Positions 34,324 through 44,440 of a stretch of 64,000 bases of DNA are shown piece by piece. Position 1 is the first letter of the stretch. Every line of letters starts with the position of its first letter. The stretch is from positions 60,016 to 124,015 of the forward strand of contig JAGNKE010000004.1 in the NCBI GenBank assembly GCA_018000295.1. The letters run 5' to 3'. The notes under the pieces are model-generated. The model was not told the origin of the DNA. It was given only the letters and a program-made list of their open reading frames with translations, and did no database searches. A program made the translations under genes and the position numbers. Origin of the DNA: Alphaproteobacteria bacterium. Its GTDB lineage: Bacteria > Pseudomonadota > Alphaproteobacteria > Micavibrionales > Micavibrionaceae.

Positions 34324-35679
34324 ATGGCATCGGCCGCTGAGCAACTCGCACGCAACGCCAACTGGGGCGCACTGGCAAAAGCCACGGAGCTAAAAAAGCG
34401 GATATATTTTGTCCTCGGTGCCCTTCTGGTGTACCGATTAGGAACCTATATTCCCGTTCCGGGGATCGATATCCGGGTCTGGGAGGAGATTTTCTCGCAA
34501 AAGGGCGGCGGAATTCTGGACATGTTCAATATGTTCTCCGGCGGTGCCTTGCAGCGGATGACGATCTTTGCTCTTAACATCATGCCCTATATCTCGGCCT
34601 CGATTATCATGCAGTTGGCCTCCTCGCTCTTCAAAGGCCTTGAAGAATTGAAAAAGGAAGGTGAACTGGGCCGGATGAAGATTAACCAGTACACGCGATA
34701 CTTGACGGTTCTTTTGGCCACCGTTCAGGCTTATGGCTTGGCGGTGGGTCTGGAATCGATGCAGGGACAGGCCGGCTCGGCTGTGCTCGACCCTGGGATG
34801 TTTTTCCGTATCTCCACAGTCATTACGATCGTCGGTGGCACGGTCTTCCTGATGTGGCTGGGCGAACAGATTACCCAGCGAGGAGTAGGGAATGGAACAT
34901 CCCTGATAATCTTCGCTGGGATCGTTGCCGAATTGCCTCGCGCCCTCGGCAGCACTTTGGAACTGGGACGGCAGGGAACGATCAGTCCGGCCGTGCTTCT
35001 GCTCCTCGCGGTCATGGTTGTGGCCGTCATTGGCCTGATCGTCTTCATGGAGCGCGCCCAGCGCCGGATCGTGGTCCAGTACCCGAAACGCCAGGTGGGC
35101 AATCGCATGACGGGGGGAGAGACAAACCACATCCCCTTGAAACTCAATACTTCAGGCGTGATCCCCCCGATTTTCGCGTCCTCTCTGCTGCTTCTGCCCC
35201 TCACGATTATTAAATTCGCAGGGGTCAATGGCGGAGATTTCTGGGCGGATGTCGAGCGTTACCTCGCCCACGGTCAACCGATCTACATGGCCCTGTTTGG
35301 TTCGCTGATTATTTTCTTTGCTTTTTTCTATACCGCGATTGTCTTCAATCCCGAGGAAAACGCGGAGACTCTCCGCAAATACGGTGGATTTGTTCCCGGT
35401 ATGCGTCCGGGTAAGAACACCGCAGACTATTTCGATTATGTCCTGACCCGAATCACGACGGTTGGCTCTCTTTATCTGGTCTTTATCTGCCTCCTGCCGG
35501 AGTTTATGGTATCGCAATACAGCGTCCCCTTCTATTTCGGTGGAACCAGTCTGCTAATCGTGGTCAGTGTCACCATGGATACGGTCGCGCAGATTCATTC
35601 GCATCTGATCGCCCATCAGTACGAGGGGCTGATTAAAAAGGCGAAGCTAGGGAATCGCGGCGGTGGACGCCGTAGGTAG
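34324..35679 (+). CDS. secY: Preprotein translocase subunit SecY
   Basis: 451 aa, polytopic, with motifs GALQRMTIFALNIMPYISASII and GGTSLLIVV. Confidence 0.97.
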   Translation: MASAAEQLARNANWGALAKATELKKRIYFVLGALLVYRLGTYIPVPGIDIRVWEEIFSQKGGGILDMFNMFSGGALQRMTIFALNIMPYISASIIMQLASSLFKGLEELKKEGELGRMKINQYTRYLTVLLATVQAYGLAVGLESMQGQAGSAVLDPGMFFRISTVITIVGGTVFLMWLGEQITQRGVGNGTSLIIFAGIVAELPRALGSTLELGRQGTISPAVLLLLAVMVVAVIGLIVFMERAQRRIVVQYPKRQVGNRMTGGETNHIPLKLNTSGVIPPIFASSLLLLPLTIIKFAGVNGGDFWADVERYLAHGQPIYMALFGSLIIFFAFFYTAIVFNPEENAETLRKYGGFVPGMRPGKNTADYFDYVLTRITTVGSLYLVFICLLPEFMVSQYSVPFYFGGTSLLIVVSVTMDTVAQIHSHLIAHQYEGLIKKAKLGNRGGGRRR

Positions 35680-35718
35680 AAAAGCTGAAAAGCCCGCATA
35701 GCAAGAGGAGCATGAGAT

Positions 35719-36309
35719 ATGAACATCATCATTTTCGGACCGCCCGGAGCAGGAAAAGGTACACAAGCCGCCAGAATCCAGACCGAGCACGGTCTCAAGC
35801 ATCTCTCGACGGGCGATATGCTGCGCGGCGAGGTCGCCCGGAAATCCGACCTCGGCCTCAAGCTCAAATCGATCATGGACGCTGGCCAGCTCGTCTCCGA
35901 CGATATCATGATCGAACTGATCGGCAACTGCGTCAGCGAACCTGACTGCGAAAAGGGCTTTATCCTTGATGGCTTCCCCCGCACGGTTCCGCAGGCGCAG
36001 GCGCTCGATGATACTCTACGCCATATGGCCCGTAAGGTGGATCATGTACTGGTGCTCGAAGTGGACGAAAAGGCCCTCCTTGACCGTATCCGCAACCGCG
36101 CCAAGGAAACCGGCGGAGCCCGCAGTGACGATAATGAAGAAGTTCTCAAAAAGCGCCTCAGCGAATACCGCGCCAAAACAGCCCCCGTCCTGCCCTATTA
36201 CGAGCAGAAAGGTCTATTGCGTAAAATCGACGGCATGAAGCCGATTGAGGAAGTCACCGCACGCATCGAAAATTTTCTGGGATCTTCCCTTTCAAAAAAG
36301 CACGCTTGA
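35719..36309 (+). CDS. adk: Adenylate kinase (short-lid form)
   Basis: 196 aa with the P-loop GPPGAGKGTQ, the motif LSTGDMLR, and no Cys4 lid. Confidence 0.96.
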   Translation: MNIIIFGPPGAGKGTQAARIQTEHGLKHLSTGDMLRGEVARKSDLGLKLKSIMDAGQLVSDDIMIELIGNCVSEPDCEKGFILDGFPRTVPQAQALDDTLRHMARKVDHVLVLEVDEKALLDRIRNRAKETGGARSDDNEEVLKKRLSEYRAKTAPVLPYYEQKGLLRKIDGMKPIEEVTARIENFLGSSLSKKHA

Positions 36310-36321
36310 TATGAGCCGGAG

Positions 36322-37209
36322 ATGAGTGACAATTTCGTTCTTGCCGTTCACGGCGGAGCCTTTATGAATCCTCGCGATTATTCGCAGCAAACAAACTTCA
36401 TCGAAAATTGTCTCAAATCTGGCTGGCGTGACCTGAAGGGCGGTCAATCGGCCCTCGAAGCCGTGGTCCAGGCGGTTGTCAAAATGGAAGACTCTGCCCT
36501 CTTCATCGCCGGAAAGGGCGCCGGCCCGAACTCCGAAGGCGACTATGAACTGGACGCCTCGCTGATGGAAGGCGAATCGGGAAAAGCCGGGGCTATAGCC
36601 GCCGTTCGGGGAATAAAAAACCCGATCATCGCGGCCCGCACAGTCATGGAGAAAACGCCTCACGTCCTGCTGGCGGGTCTGGGGGCGGAGCGTTTTCTGT
36701 CCGAACAGGGTTTGGAGCAGGTCAAAGACCCCGCGCACTATTTCACACCCTCCCATACGGAAAATCAGGTCATACCGCCCACGGCTCTAAGCTCCAGCCA
36801 TGGCACAGTGGGTGCGGTCGCTCTGGATCGGGACGGCAACCTCGCCGCCGCAACATCAACGGGTGGACTGGTGGGCAAGAGGGCGGGCCGGGTCGGGGAT
36901 TCGCCGATCATCGGTGCGGCAACGTGGGCGGATCGCAACCTCGCGGTATCCACCACGGGATACGGTGAATATTTTATGCGCGCCGTGGCAGCCTACGATG
37001 TCCTGGCCCGCTGTCTCTATGGAGGTAAAGCGCTCGAAGTGAGCGTTTCGGATGTATTGGACGGCATCAGAGACGCCGGAGGGTGGGGCGGACTGATCGC
37101 TCTGAACCGTAAGGGGGAAGTTTGTCTGGATTACCGCTGCGCCGGAATGCACCGCGGTTTTGTGAGGCACGATGGCGCCATTCACGCCAGAAGCCTCCCC
37201 GATATATGA
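36322..37209 (+). CDS. Isoaspartyl peptidase / L-asparaginase (Ntn hydrolase)
   Basis: 295 aa with the autoproteolysis/nucleophile motif HGTVGAVALD, plus TSTGG and GDSPIIGA. Confidence 0.85.
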   Translation: MSDNFVLAVHGGAFMNPRDYSQQTNFIENCLKSGWRDLKGGQSALEAVVQAVVKMEDSALFIAGKGAGPNSEGDYELDASLMEGESGKAGAIAAVRGIKNPIIAARTVMEKTPHVLLAGLGAERFLSEQGLEQVKDPAHYFTPSHTENQVIPPTALSSSHGTVGAVALDRDGNLAAATSTGGLVGKRAGRVGDSPIIGAATWADRNLAVSTTGYGEYFMRAVAAYDVLARCLYGGKALEVSVSDVLDGIRDAGGWGGLIALNRKGEVCLDYRCAGMHRGFVRHDGAIHARSLPDI

Positions 37210-37289
37210 AAAAGGTCTCAATCGGATCGAAAAAAGAGTCAAAAAGGCGCAAAAAAGACTCAATAATCAGATTTTCCCTATAAATTCAG

Positions 37290-37317
37290 TTGACGGAGCC
37301 TTTCGAATTCCTATAAT
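37290..37317 (+). promoter_or_regulatory. Near-consensus sigma70 promoter (TTGACG-N16-TATAAT) for rpsM-rpsK-rpoA-rplQ
   Basis: The hexamers were read directly and lie 160 nt upstream of the rpsM start. Confidence 0.65.
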
Positions 37318-37477
37318 GCGGCATCTCGAAAGGGGGCTTGCGCCTGCATAAAGGCAGCCGGAAGCTGAATGAAGTTTACAGACCGGCGCGGTGAAAGTTT
37401 AACGGACGGAGCCGTATACGGTCTGGCAAGAGCAGGAGCAAAGGGCTCCGGCTCGGAAAAATTGAAAGGAAAAGACT

Positions 37478-37858
37478 ATGGCACGTATTGCGGGGGTCAA
37501 CGTACCCGACAATAAACGCATCCCGATTGCTCTCACTTACATTCACGGCATTGGCCGCACATCGGCGCTGAAAATCTGCAAAAAGCTGGGCATTGATCTC
37601 CAGATGCGCATGGGGCAGGCTGACGAGGACACGCTCAACAGAATCCGTTCCGAAATCGAAAAGGGCGGCTTTAAGATCGAAGGCGATTTGCGCCGCGAAG
37701 TCTCCATGAATATCAAGCGCCTGATGGATATGCGCTGCTACCGGGGTCTCCGCCACCGCGCGGGTCTGCCCGTGCGCGGCCAGAGAACCATCACCAACGC
37801 ACGCACCCGCAAGGGACCGGCCAAGCCCATCGCCGGTAAGAAAATGGCGACCAAGTAA
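37478..37858 (+). CDS. rpsM: 30S ribosomal protein uS13
   Basis: 126 aa starting [14 protein letters not shown]. Confidence 0.97.
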   Translation: MARIAGVNVPDNKRIPIALTYIHGIGRTSALKICKKLGIDLQMRMGQADEDTLNRIRSEIEKGGFKIEGDLRREVSMNIKRLMDMRCYRGLRHRAGLPVRGQRTITNARTRKGPAKPIAGKKMATK

Positions 37859-37870
37859 AGGAGATACACA

Positions 37871-38254
37871 ATGGCTGCACCAAGAGCTAAAAGAAAAGAG
37901 AAAAAGAATATCGTTTCGGGCGTCGCGCACGTCAACTCGACATTCAACAACACGATTATCACCATCAGCGACGCCCAGGGCAACGTGGTGTCATGGTCGT
38001 CCTCAGGAACGATGGGCTTTAAAGGCTCCCGTAAATCAACCCCTTACGCGGCCCAGATGGCCGCCGAGGATGCGGGCCGCAAAGCACAGGAGCACGGCAT
38101 GAAGGAACTCGAAGTCCTCGTCAAGGGACCGGGGTCAGGCCGCGAATCCGCGCTGCGGGCATTGCAGATGGTCGGCTTCCTGATCAGGTCGATCAAGGAC
38201 GTCACGCCCGTTCCGCACAACGGCTGCCGCCCGCCCAAACGCCGCCGCGTATAA
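37871..38254 (+). CDS. rpsK: 30S ribosomal protein uS11
   Basis: 127 aa with motifs [18 protein letters not shown] and [16 protein letters not shown]. Confidence 0.97.
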   Translation: MAAPRAKRKEKKNIVSGVAHVNSTFNNTIITISDAQGNVVSWSSSGTMGFKGSRKSTPYAAQMAAEDAGRKAQEHGMKELEVLVKGPGSGRESALRALQMVGFLIRSIKDVTPVPHNGCRPPKRRRV

Positions 38255-38306
38255 CTGAAGCGAATTATTATTAGATCACAGGCACTTTTAACCAAAGAGC
38301 AGGAAC

Positions 38307-39326
38307 ATGTTGATACAGAAAAACTGGCAAGAACTGATTAAACCCGCGAAGCTTGAAGTCAAACCCAGCCGCCAGCCCAACACGGGTGTAGTGGTCGCTG
38401 AACCGCTCGAACGTGGCTTTGGCCTGACACTGGGCAACGCTTTGCGCCGTATACTCCTTTCATCGCTTCAGGGCGCGGCCGTCACGGCTGTCCAGATCGA
38501 GGGCGTATTGCACGAATTCTCTTCGATTGAAGGCGTGCGCGAGGACGTTACCGACATTATCCTGAACCTGAAGGCGCTCAGTGTGCGTATGCACTCCGAA
38601 GGCCCGAAAAGGATGCGCCTGTCCGCCGAAGGGCCATGTGAAGTTACCGCAGCGCAGATCGAGGCCGGGGCCGACATTGAGATCATGAACCCTGATCTTA
38701 TCATCTGCACTCTTGACAAGGGCGCAAGGCTGAACATGGAAATGACCGTGAACACTGGCAAGGGCTACCGTCCGGCATCAACGAACCGTCCGGAAGAAGC
38801 CCCTGTTGGGCTCATTCCGATCGATAGCGTCTTCTCGCCTGTCCGCAAGGTCACTTACGAAGTCACCGACACGCGCGTCGGCCAGATCACAGACTACGAC
38901 AAGCTGACCCTGACCGTAGAAACCAACGGCGTAATCAGCCCCGAAGATTCCGTAGCCTTCGCCGCCCGCATTCTTCAGGACCAACTGCAGATATTCGTAA
39001 ACTTCGATGAGCCTCAGGAAGTCAAGGAGAAATCCGAAGAGCAGGAGCTTCCCTTCAACCGCAACCTTCTCAAGAAGGTCGAAGAACTGGAACTGTCGGT
39101 CCGTAGCGCCAACTGCCTCAAGAACGACAACATCATTTACATCGGCGATCTCGTTCAGAAATCTGAGAGCGATATGCTCCGCACCCCGAACTTCGGCCGC
39201 AAATCCTTGAATGAAATCAAGGAAGTTCTGGCGCTGTTTGGTCTGCATCTCGGTATGCAGGTTGAGGGTTGGCCACCGGAGAATATCGAAGACCTCGTCC
39301 GTAAAATCGACGAGCAGCAGTTTTAA
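38307..39326 (+). CDS. rpoA: DNA-directed RNA polymerase subunit alpha
   Basis: 339 aa. It has the N-terminal domain motif [17 protein letters not shown] and the C-terminal domain motif [12 protein letters not shown]. Confidence 0.97.
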   Translation: MLIQKNWQELIKPAKLEVKPSRQPNTGVVVAEPLERGFGLTLGNALRRILLSSLQGAAVTAVQIEGVLHEFSSIEGVREDVTDIILNLKALSVRMHSEGPKRMRLSAEGPCEVTAAQIEAGADIEIMNPDLIICTLDKGARLNMEMTVNTGKGYRPASTNRPEEAPVGLIPIDSVFSPVRKVTYEVTDTRVGQITDYDKLTLTVETNGVISPEDSVAFAARILQDQLQIFVNFDEPQEVKEKSEEQELPFNRNLLKKVEELELSVRSANCLKNDNIIYIGDLVQKSESDMLRTPNFGRKSLNEIKEVLALFGLHLGMQVEGWPPENIEDLVRKIDEQQF

Positions 39327-39507
39327 CCAATACTCAAGGTCGAATTCATACTTCGGCCTTGACTAGACCAAAAGGACAATGTGTCCACCCCTTCCATGAA
39401 ACGGCCCCTTTTCAAGGCAAGTGATGAAAGGAAATACCATGGCTCTTGTCCTATCCGGGGCAAGGCCGCAGCAGCCGAATAAAAACGGCAGGAAAGGAAA
39501 AGAAAAA

Positions 39508-39957
39508 ATGAGACATGGATTGAAACAGCGCAAGCTGAACCGTACCAGCAGCCACCGCAAGGCGATGCTGGCCAACATGGCTGCCGCTCTGATCAAACAT
39601 GAGCAGATTATAACGACCCTGCCGAAGGCCAAGGAACTCAAACCTTACGTCGAAAAACTAATCACCCTGGGCAAACAGGCGGCTGCGAACCCGAAAGTGG
39701 CTCTGGCCAAAAGGCGTCAGGCGATAGCGATCCTGAGGGATGCGGCGCAGGTCAGAAAACTCTTCGATGTTCTGGCCGAGCGCTATGAAGACCGCCCCGG
39801 CGGTTACACTCGCGTTCTCAAGGCCGGCTTCCGCTACGGCGATGCGGCGCCCAGAGCCGTCATTGAACTCGTGGACCGCGATCCCGAAGCAAAAGGTAAG
39901 GACTCCGGCCCTACCCAGTTCGACGATGAAATCGTCGAAGACCGGGAAACCGTTTAG
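39508..39957 (+). CDS. rplQ: 50S ribosomal protein bL17
   Basis: 149 aa from [20 protein letters not shown], the canonical bL17 N-terminus. The track ORF extends 29 codons upstream. Confidence 0.92.
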   Translation: MRHGLKQRKLNRTSSHRKAMLANMAAALIKHEQIITTLPKAKELKPYVEKLITLGKQAAANPKVALAKRRQAIAILRDAAQVRKLFDVLAERYEDRPGGYTRVLKAGFRYGDAAPRAVIELVDRDPEAKGKDSGPTQFDDEIVEDRETV

Positions 39958-39985
39958 CAGACTTACATAAGTTGCAATCAACGAT

Positions 39986-40014
39986 AAAAGGCTCTTTGGA
40001 GCCTTTTGTTTTTC
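39986..40014 (+). terminator. Rho-independent terminator after rplQ
   Basis: The stem AAAGGCTC / GAGCCTTT has a TTTG loop and is followed by TGTTTTTC. Confidence 0.8.
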
Positions 40015-40053
40015 AATAAAGTTTAACCAGCGCAAAAAAACAGTACCAGTCAG

Positions 40054-40854
40054 CTAAAGAATGGAAACATTATCAATCAGCCGCGTCTTCCCAAGCCAGA
40101 CGGCGGCCAGAATTCGCCCCCAGCGAACCTTGATGTAATCGACGCGTTTGAAACCGCTCCTGAGAAGTTTCTCAGCAGCCTCGGCGCAGGCATCTTCCCC
40201 CTTTTCACCTTCGCGCATGGCATCGGCAGCGGCGGATAACACACGATTGAGGGTACGGGCAACAATGAGTTCTTCGGGCGAAAGGTAAGCGTTTCGGGAG
40301 GAAAGGGCAAGACCGTCCGCATCGCGTATGATCGGTCCTCCCACGATTCGAATGGGGAGCTTGAGAGCCTCCACCATCTCGCGGATCACCTGTAATTGCT
40401 GGAAATCTTTTTCTCCAAACACAGCTACATCAGGCTTAACGGCGTGAAAAAGCCGGCTGACGACATTCACCACCCCGCCGAAAAAATGCGGCCGGAAATC
40501 GCTCTCAAGCCCCTCGGCAGAGGGGCCGGGGTTAATCGCAGACCCGAAACCGTCAGGATAAATTTCGGCGGCGGAGGGAAGAAAGACGACATCCGCGCCT
40601 GCAGATTTGAGCAACGCAAGATCGGTCTCTTCGGTGCGGGGATAAGAGCAGAAATCCTCATGCGGGGCAAACTGCGTTGGGTTGACAAAAATACTGACGA
40701 CCACGCAATCGGTTTCGCGCCGTGCGGTCTGAACAAGAGAAAGATGCCCTTCATGAAGGGCGCCCATTGTGGGAACAAAACCAATTATGCGACCGTCTGA
40801 AGGAGCATTCAGGTCAAGTGCTTCAAGCGCGGATCGTGTGCGAACGACATTCAT
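40054..40854 (-). CDS. panC: Pantoate--beta-alanine ligase
   Basis: 266 aa with the motif [17 protein letters not shown]. Confidence 0.93.
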   Translation of the reverse strand: MNVVRTRSALEALDLNAPSDGRIIGFVPTMGALHEGHLSLVQTARRETDCVVVSIFVNPTQFAPHEDFCSYPRTEETDLALLKSAGADVVFLPSAAEIYPDGFGSAINPGPSAEGLESDFRPHFFGGVVNVVSRLFHAVKPDVAVFGEKDFQQLQVIREMVEALKLPIRIVGGPIIRDADGLALSSRNAYLSPEELIVARTLNRVLSAAADAMREGEKGEDACAEAAEKLLRSGFKRVDYIKVRWGRILAAVWLGKTRLIDNVSIL

Positions 40855-41687
40855 GTCTTAGTTTTAGCATCTGCTTTATAAACATGACTCTCATCGGGAA
40901 AGGCTCGGACCCGCACATCCTCGGCATACGAAGAGACCGCATCAGTAATGATCTTCCCCAGATTGGCGTACGTCTTTACGAATTTGGGCGTATGATCGAC
41001 GGTCAAACCGAGAAGATCTTCGGTAACCAGAATCTGCCCATCGCAAGCCGGAGAAGCGCCAATTCCAATCGTTGGAATGGAGACGGCCAACGTGATTGCG
41101 CGGGCCACGGGCTCGACTGTGCCTTCTATAAGAATGGCAAACGCCCCTGCGGCTTCGACGGCACGGGCATCCTCTATGAGAGCATCCGCCTCATCGGGCG
41201 TTTTCCCCTTAATCTTGTAACCCCCTTCTTTCAAGACAGACTGAGGCTTCAAACCAATATGCGCCATGACGGGGATACCTTTTGATGAGAGATGGGCAAT
41301 AGTCTCTTGCATCTCGCGCCCTCCCTCAAGTTTGACCCCGTCGCAGCCGGTCTCCGTCATAAGCCTGAGAGCGTTCTGGTACGCCAAGGCAGAGGACTGT
41401 TCATACGTGTCATAGGGCATATCAACTAACACACACGCCTTACGGCGTTTACGCATGACGGCCCGCCCGTGTGCGATCAGCATATCCAGCGTGACGGTCA
41501 GTGTGTTGTCCATTCCGTACAACGCCATTCCCATGGAATCGCCGACCAGCAGAATATCGCAATGCGGATCCAGAAGTTGGGCCATAGGGGCGGAATAGGC
41601 TGTAAGACAAACCAGAGGCGCAGCAGAGTTCTTCCGCGCCCGGATGTCGGAGATGCTCAGACGTAAAGGATGAAGATCCGGAGTCAT
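40851..41687 (-). CDS. panB: 3-methyl-2-oxobutanoate hydroxymethyltransferase
   Basis: 278 aa with motifs [14 protein letters not shown] and [13 protein letters not shown]. It overlaps panC by 4 nt. Confidence 0.93.
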   Translation of the reverse strand: MTPDLHPLRLSISDIRARKNSAAPLVCLTAYSAPMAQLLDPHCDILLVGDSMGMALYGMDNTLTVTLDMLIAHGRAVMRKRRKACVLVDMPYDTYEQSSALAYQNALRLMTETGCDGVKLEGGREMQETIAHLSSKGIPVMAHIGLKPQSVLKEGGYKIKGKTPDEADALIEDARAVEAAGAFAILIEGTVEPVARAITLAVSIPTIGIGASPACDGQILVTEDLLGLTVDHTPKFVKTYANLGKIITDAVSSYAEDVRVRAFPDESHVYKADAKTKT

Positions 41688-41701
41688 AGCGCCCTAACGT
41701 T

Positions 41702-43204
41702 ATGAATCAAAAGCATTTTTCCATGAAGTATTGCAACAAAAAGCAACCTGTTTTATACAACTTCGCTATGCTTAACAGAATTCTTTTCCCCATACTAGCT
41801 TTGCTTATGACCCTTTCCTTAAGTTTGCCGCTATTCCAGTCCGGCAATGCAAAGCTCGCCGCGCAGGAGCTTCCGCAAAACCGCGAACAAATCCGGCTTT
41901 CCTTCGCTCCGCTGGTCAAAAAAGTCAAGCCCGCAGTGGTCAACATATACACCAAGCGCGTAGTCGCTCCACAAAACCCGTTCATGGCCGACCCATTTTT
42001 TCGCCAGTTTTTCAGAAACAATATGCTCGATATGCCGATGCGTCAGCATATCGAGGCCTCTTTGGGATCGGGTGTCATTTTACAGCCCGACGGTTTGGTC
42101 GCCACCAACGCCCATGTCATAGACTCGGCAACCGAAATCGTGGTTGTTTTAACGGACGGAAGGGAGTTTCCAGCGCAGATCGCCCTGATTGACAAAGCAT
42201 CTGATCTGGCCTTGCTGCGGATAGACCCCGGTTCAGAAAACCTGCCTTTTGTCACACTCAAGCCCAGCGAGTCGCTGGAGGTTGGCGATCTGGTTTTAGC
42301 CATCGGTAACCCCTTCGGTGTAGGTCAGACAGTGACAAGCGGTATCGTCTCAGCGCAGGGACGATCGTCTCTGGACATTAATGATTTCAATTTCTTCATC
42401 CAGACCGACGCCGCGATTAACCCCGGAAACTCGGGTGGTCCTTTGGTCGCCATGGATGGCGGGGTCGTCGGAATCAATACCGCCATTTTTTCAAGCAGCG
42501 GCGGCTCACTGGGCATCGGTTTTGCCATCCCTTCGGAAATGGTGGCGACCGTGGTGGCGGCCGAAAAAAGCGGGCACAGAAATGAAAAAGGGGTCGTGCG
42601 CCCCTGGCTGGGCGTAAATGCACAAACGGTAACGTCGGAAATTGCCAACGGTCTAGGCTTACCGCGCCCCGGCGGCGCTTTGATCGCGGACATGAACCCG
42701 GCGAGTCCGTTACTCAAGGCCGGGGCGAAGCCGGGAGATATCGTTATAAGCGTTAACGGCCACGCCATTCATAACGCTGCAGAAATGAAATTCCGTATGG
42801 CCACCGTTCCAGTCGGGGAAAAGGCCCAACTCGAAATCCTGCGTGAAGACAAGATCCTGACTTTAACGCTGCAGGCTTTGCCGCCGCCGGACGATCCGCC
42901 AAGGCAGGAAACAACACTCAAGGGCCGCCATATGCTGAATGGCGTGACCATCGCGAACCTGAATCCAGCCGTTGCTGCCGACATTGATTACATCGGCCCG
43001 GAACAGGGTGTGATTGTTCTCCGCGTGCCCCAGAAAATGCGCCAGCGGTTCCTTTCATCAGGAGACATCATTTTGGAAATAAATGACAAGAAAATGAAAA
43101 CTGTAACGGATGTCATAAAAGCAATCGGAACACCTGAGCTTAAAGGATACACTCTGGTATTGCTCAGCCAAGGCCGTACGAAGACAATTTTTTTTGGATA
43201 TTAA
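41702..43204 (+). CDS. Periplasmic serine endoprotease, DegP/DegQ/HtrA family
   Basis: 500 aa with the trypsin-like core (TNAHV, DLALLR, GNSGGPL) and two PDZ-like regions. The true start may be Met23 (41768), which begins the signal peptide. Confidence 0.9.
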   Translation: MNQKHFSMKYCNKKQPVLYNFAMLNRILFPILALLMTLSLSLPLFQSGNAKLAAQELPQNREQIRLSFAPLVKKVKPAVVNIYTKRVVAPQNPFMADPFFRQFFRNNMLDMPMRQHIEASLGSGVILQPDGLVATNAHVIDSATEIVVVLTDGREFPAQIALIDKASDLALLRIDPGSENLPFVTLKPSESLEVGDLVLAIGNPFGVGQTVTSGIVSAQGRSSLDINDFNFFIQTDAAINPGNSGGPLVAMDGGVVGINTAIFSSSGGSLGIGFAIPSEMVATVVAAEKSGHRNEKGVVRPWLGVNAQTVTSEIANGLGLPRPGGALIADMNPASPLLKAGAKPGDIVISVNGHAIHNAAEMKFRMATVPVGEKAQLEILREDKILTLTLQALPPPDDPPRQETTLKGRHMLNGVTIANLNPAVAADIDYIGPEQGVIVLRVPQKMRQRFLSSGDIILEINDKKMKTVTDVIKAIGTPELKGYTLVLLSQGRTKTIFFGY

Positions 43205-43351
43205 GAGAGATAACTGAATGAAGACTAATTTTTAAACATGAATAAAGGCAGGATCCTTTCATGGACAATCTTGTGGCCGGGGAACTACATTCTTCAGTTT
43301 CAAAATAGCATCGCAAAAAACAGTCCGTAAACAGTCAATTCAGCTGCAGCC

Positions 43352-43669
43352 TCAAATATTTTCATAAGACAAATCTTGTTCGGAGCGTCCAAAAAGCCTA
43401 AAGCCCAAAAATCCACCAATCTCAGAAAAAGATAAATTGCTGGGCTTATAAGAGGACATACTAAGTAAAAGCATATCCCGCTCAAATTCCTCTTTTTCCA
43501 CTTCATGATTTCTGCCCCGGTCAGCCGAACGCTGCATACGGGCGTTTGTTCTAAAGCTCAGCCACGCTGAATCTCGCCTCAAAGAGCCGTTGTTCGAAGG
43601 GTCATAATCCTGGAAAGACCTCCGTAGATGATCATCGTCAGTAGAAGGATCGTAAGCAAAAAGAGTCAT
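43352..43669 (-). CDS. Orphan small protein A (105 aa), paralogue of 43948..44247
   Basis: It shares an N-terminal block (DDDHLRRSFQDYDPSNNGSL vs SDDIRSFQDINPTAGNLG) and a C-terminal block (PSNLSFSEIGGFLGFRLFG vs PSSEIGVVRGIGLGGLG) with protein B. Its coding GC is normal, unlike the AT-rich flanks. Confidence 0.5.
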   Translation of the reverse strand: MTLFAYDPSTDDDHLRRSFQDYDPSNNGSLRRDSAWLSFRTNARMQRSADRGRNHEVEKEEFERDMLLLSMSSYKPSNLSFSEIGGFLGFRLFGRSEQDLSYENI

Positions 43670-43861
43670 AATATCACCATAAGCAAATTATAAAAAAATA
43701 CATAATAAAATGCAAATAAAAAAACAGTAGACAAATCCGAAAGTAAAACAATAAAGCATCAATAACGATTATAATAAAACAAAAAAATAAATTGAATAAT
43801 ATTACATCTCCTTGATGTAGACATAGTTCTGATTTTTGTAAAAATAGCTTCGAAAATGAAA
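43670..43861. other. Very AT-rich upstream tract of small-protein gene A
   Basis: About 190 nt dominated by A/T runs (e.g. AAATTATAAAAAAATACATAATAAAATGCAAATAAAAAAAC), in strong contrast to the window-wide composition. Confidence 0.8.
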
Positions 43862-43896
43862 AAGGCGCCGAACCCGCTCGGACGCCCCTTTCCCCC
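43862..43896 (-). terminator. Rho-independent terminator of small-protein gene B
   Basis: Minus-strand hairpin GGCG-T-CCGA GCGGGT TCGG CGCC (8 bp with a 1-nt bulge), followed by TTTTTCATTTTC. It lies 52 nt after the gene B stop. Confidence 0.6.
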
Positions 43897-43947
43897 AACT
43901 TCAAAGGCTTTTTCGCCTTACTTCTCTTGTCTAAAATTCTTACTCGT

Positions 43948-44247
43948 TCAGCCGTAATCCAATTCCTTATGCAAGCTCTGCACAACGGCGGCAAAATTAA
44001 TTGAGCCAAGCCCCCCTAAGCCGATCCCCCTGACGACACCGATCTCTGAACTCGGTCTAAAGCCGTCCAGCATAACTTTAGATGCAGAGGACCAGTCCCC
44101 GCCACCCCTTCTGGTCGCGGCCGCCCTTATGTCTTGACCTCTTGTCCTGTTAATCTCTCGGGCGGCACCACGCGTAAAAGAACCCTTATCGCCAAGATTC
44201 CCAGCGGTGGGATTGATATCCTGAAATGAGCGAATGTCATCTGACAT
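43948..44247 (-). CDS. Orphan small protein B (99 aa), paralogue of 43352..43669
   Basis: The ATG at 44247 is preceded by AAGGAG with a 7-nt spacer (the track ORF starts 17 codons earlier). The gene has its own terminator and shares sequence blocks with protein A. Confidence 0.6.
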   Translation of the reverse strand: MSDDIRSFQDINPTAGNLGDKGSFTRGAAREINRTRGQDIRAAATRRGGGDWSSASKVMLDGFRPSSEIGVVRGIGLGGLGSINFAAVVQSLHKELDYG

Positions 44248-44440
44248 CTTTTTTCTCCTTACAAGGTCAATATAATAAACAAAGCATAGAACTGTCAAGA
44301 AAAAACAATGTATTTTTTATTATTAATAATACTTAAACTATACAATAAAAGTAATTATTACACAAAAAAAATAAATAAACAGCATAATAAAAAGGCACTT
44401 TATTATAATAATATACTACATAGTGCCGATTTTGGGGCAG
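44248..44440. other. Very AT-rich upstream tract of small-protein gene B
   Basis: About 190 nt of A/T-dominated sequence (e.g. TTATTATTAATAATACTTAAACTATACAATAAAAGTAATTATTACACAAAAAAAATAAATAAAC). Confidence 0.8.

Noticed and set aside
43674-44009. 111-aa minus-strand ORF across the AT-rich tract between small-protein genes A and B. A similar 87-aa + strand ORF lies at 44308..44571.
   Set aside because: The translations are dominated by I, L, F, K, N and Y from A/T-run DNA. The first overlaps the 3' end of gene B (43948-44009) in another frame and spans gene B's terminator. There is no RBS.
43352-44247. Reading the two small paralogues as RiPP or bacteriocin precursors with long leaders ending in Gly-Gly (…SEIGG|FLGF… and …GIGLGG|LGSI…).
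   Set aside because: There is no peptidase-domain ABC exporter, cyclodehydratase, radical-SAM enzyme or other maturation gene in the vicinity. The leader does not resemble the NHLP, Nif11 or double-glycine consensus, and the putative cores lack Cys, Ser or Thr enrichment. I keep it only as a remote hypothesis.
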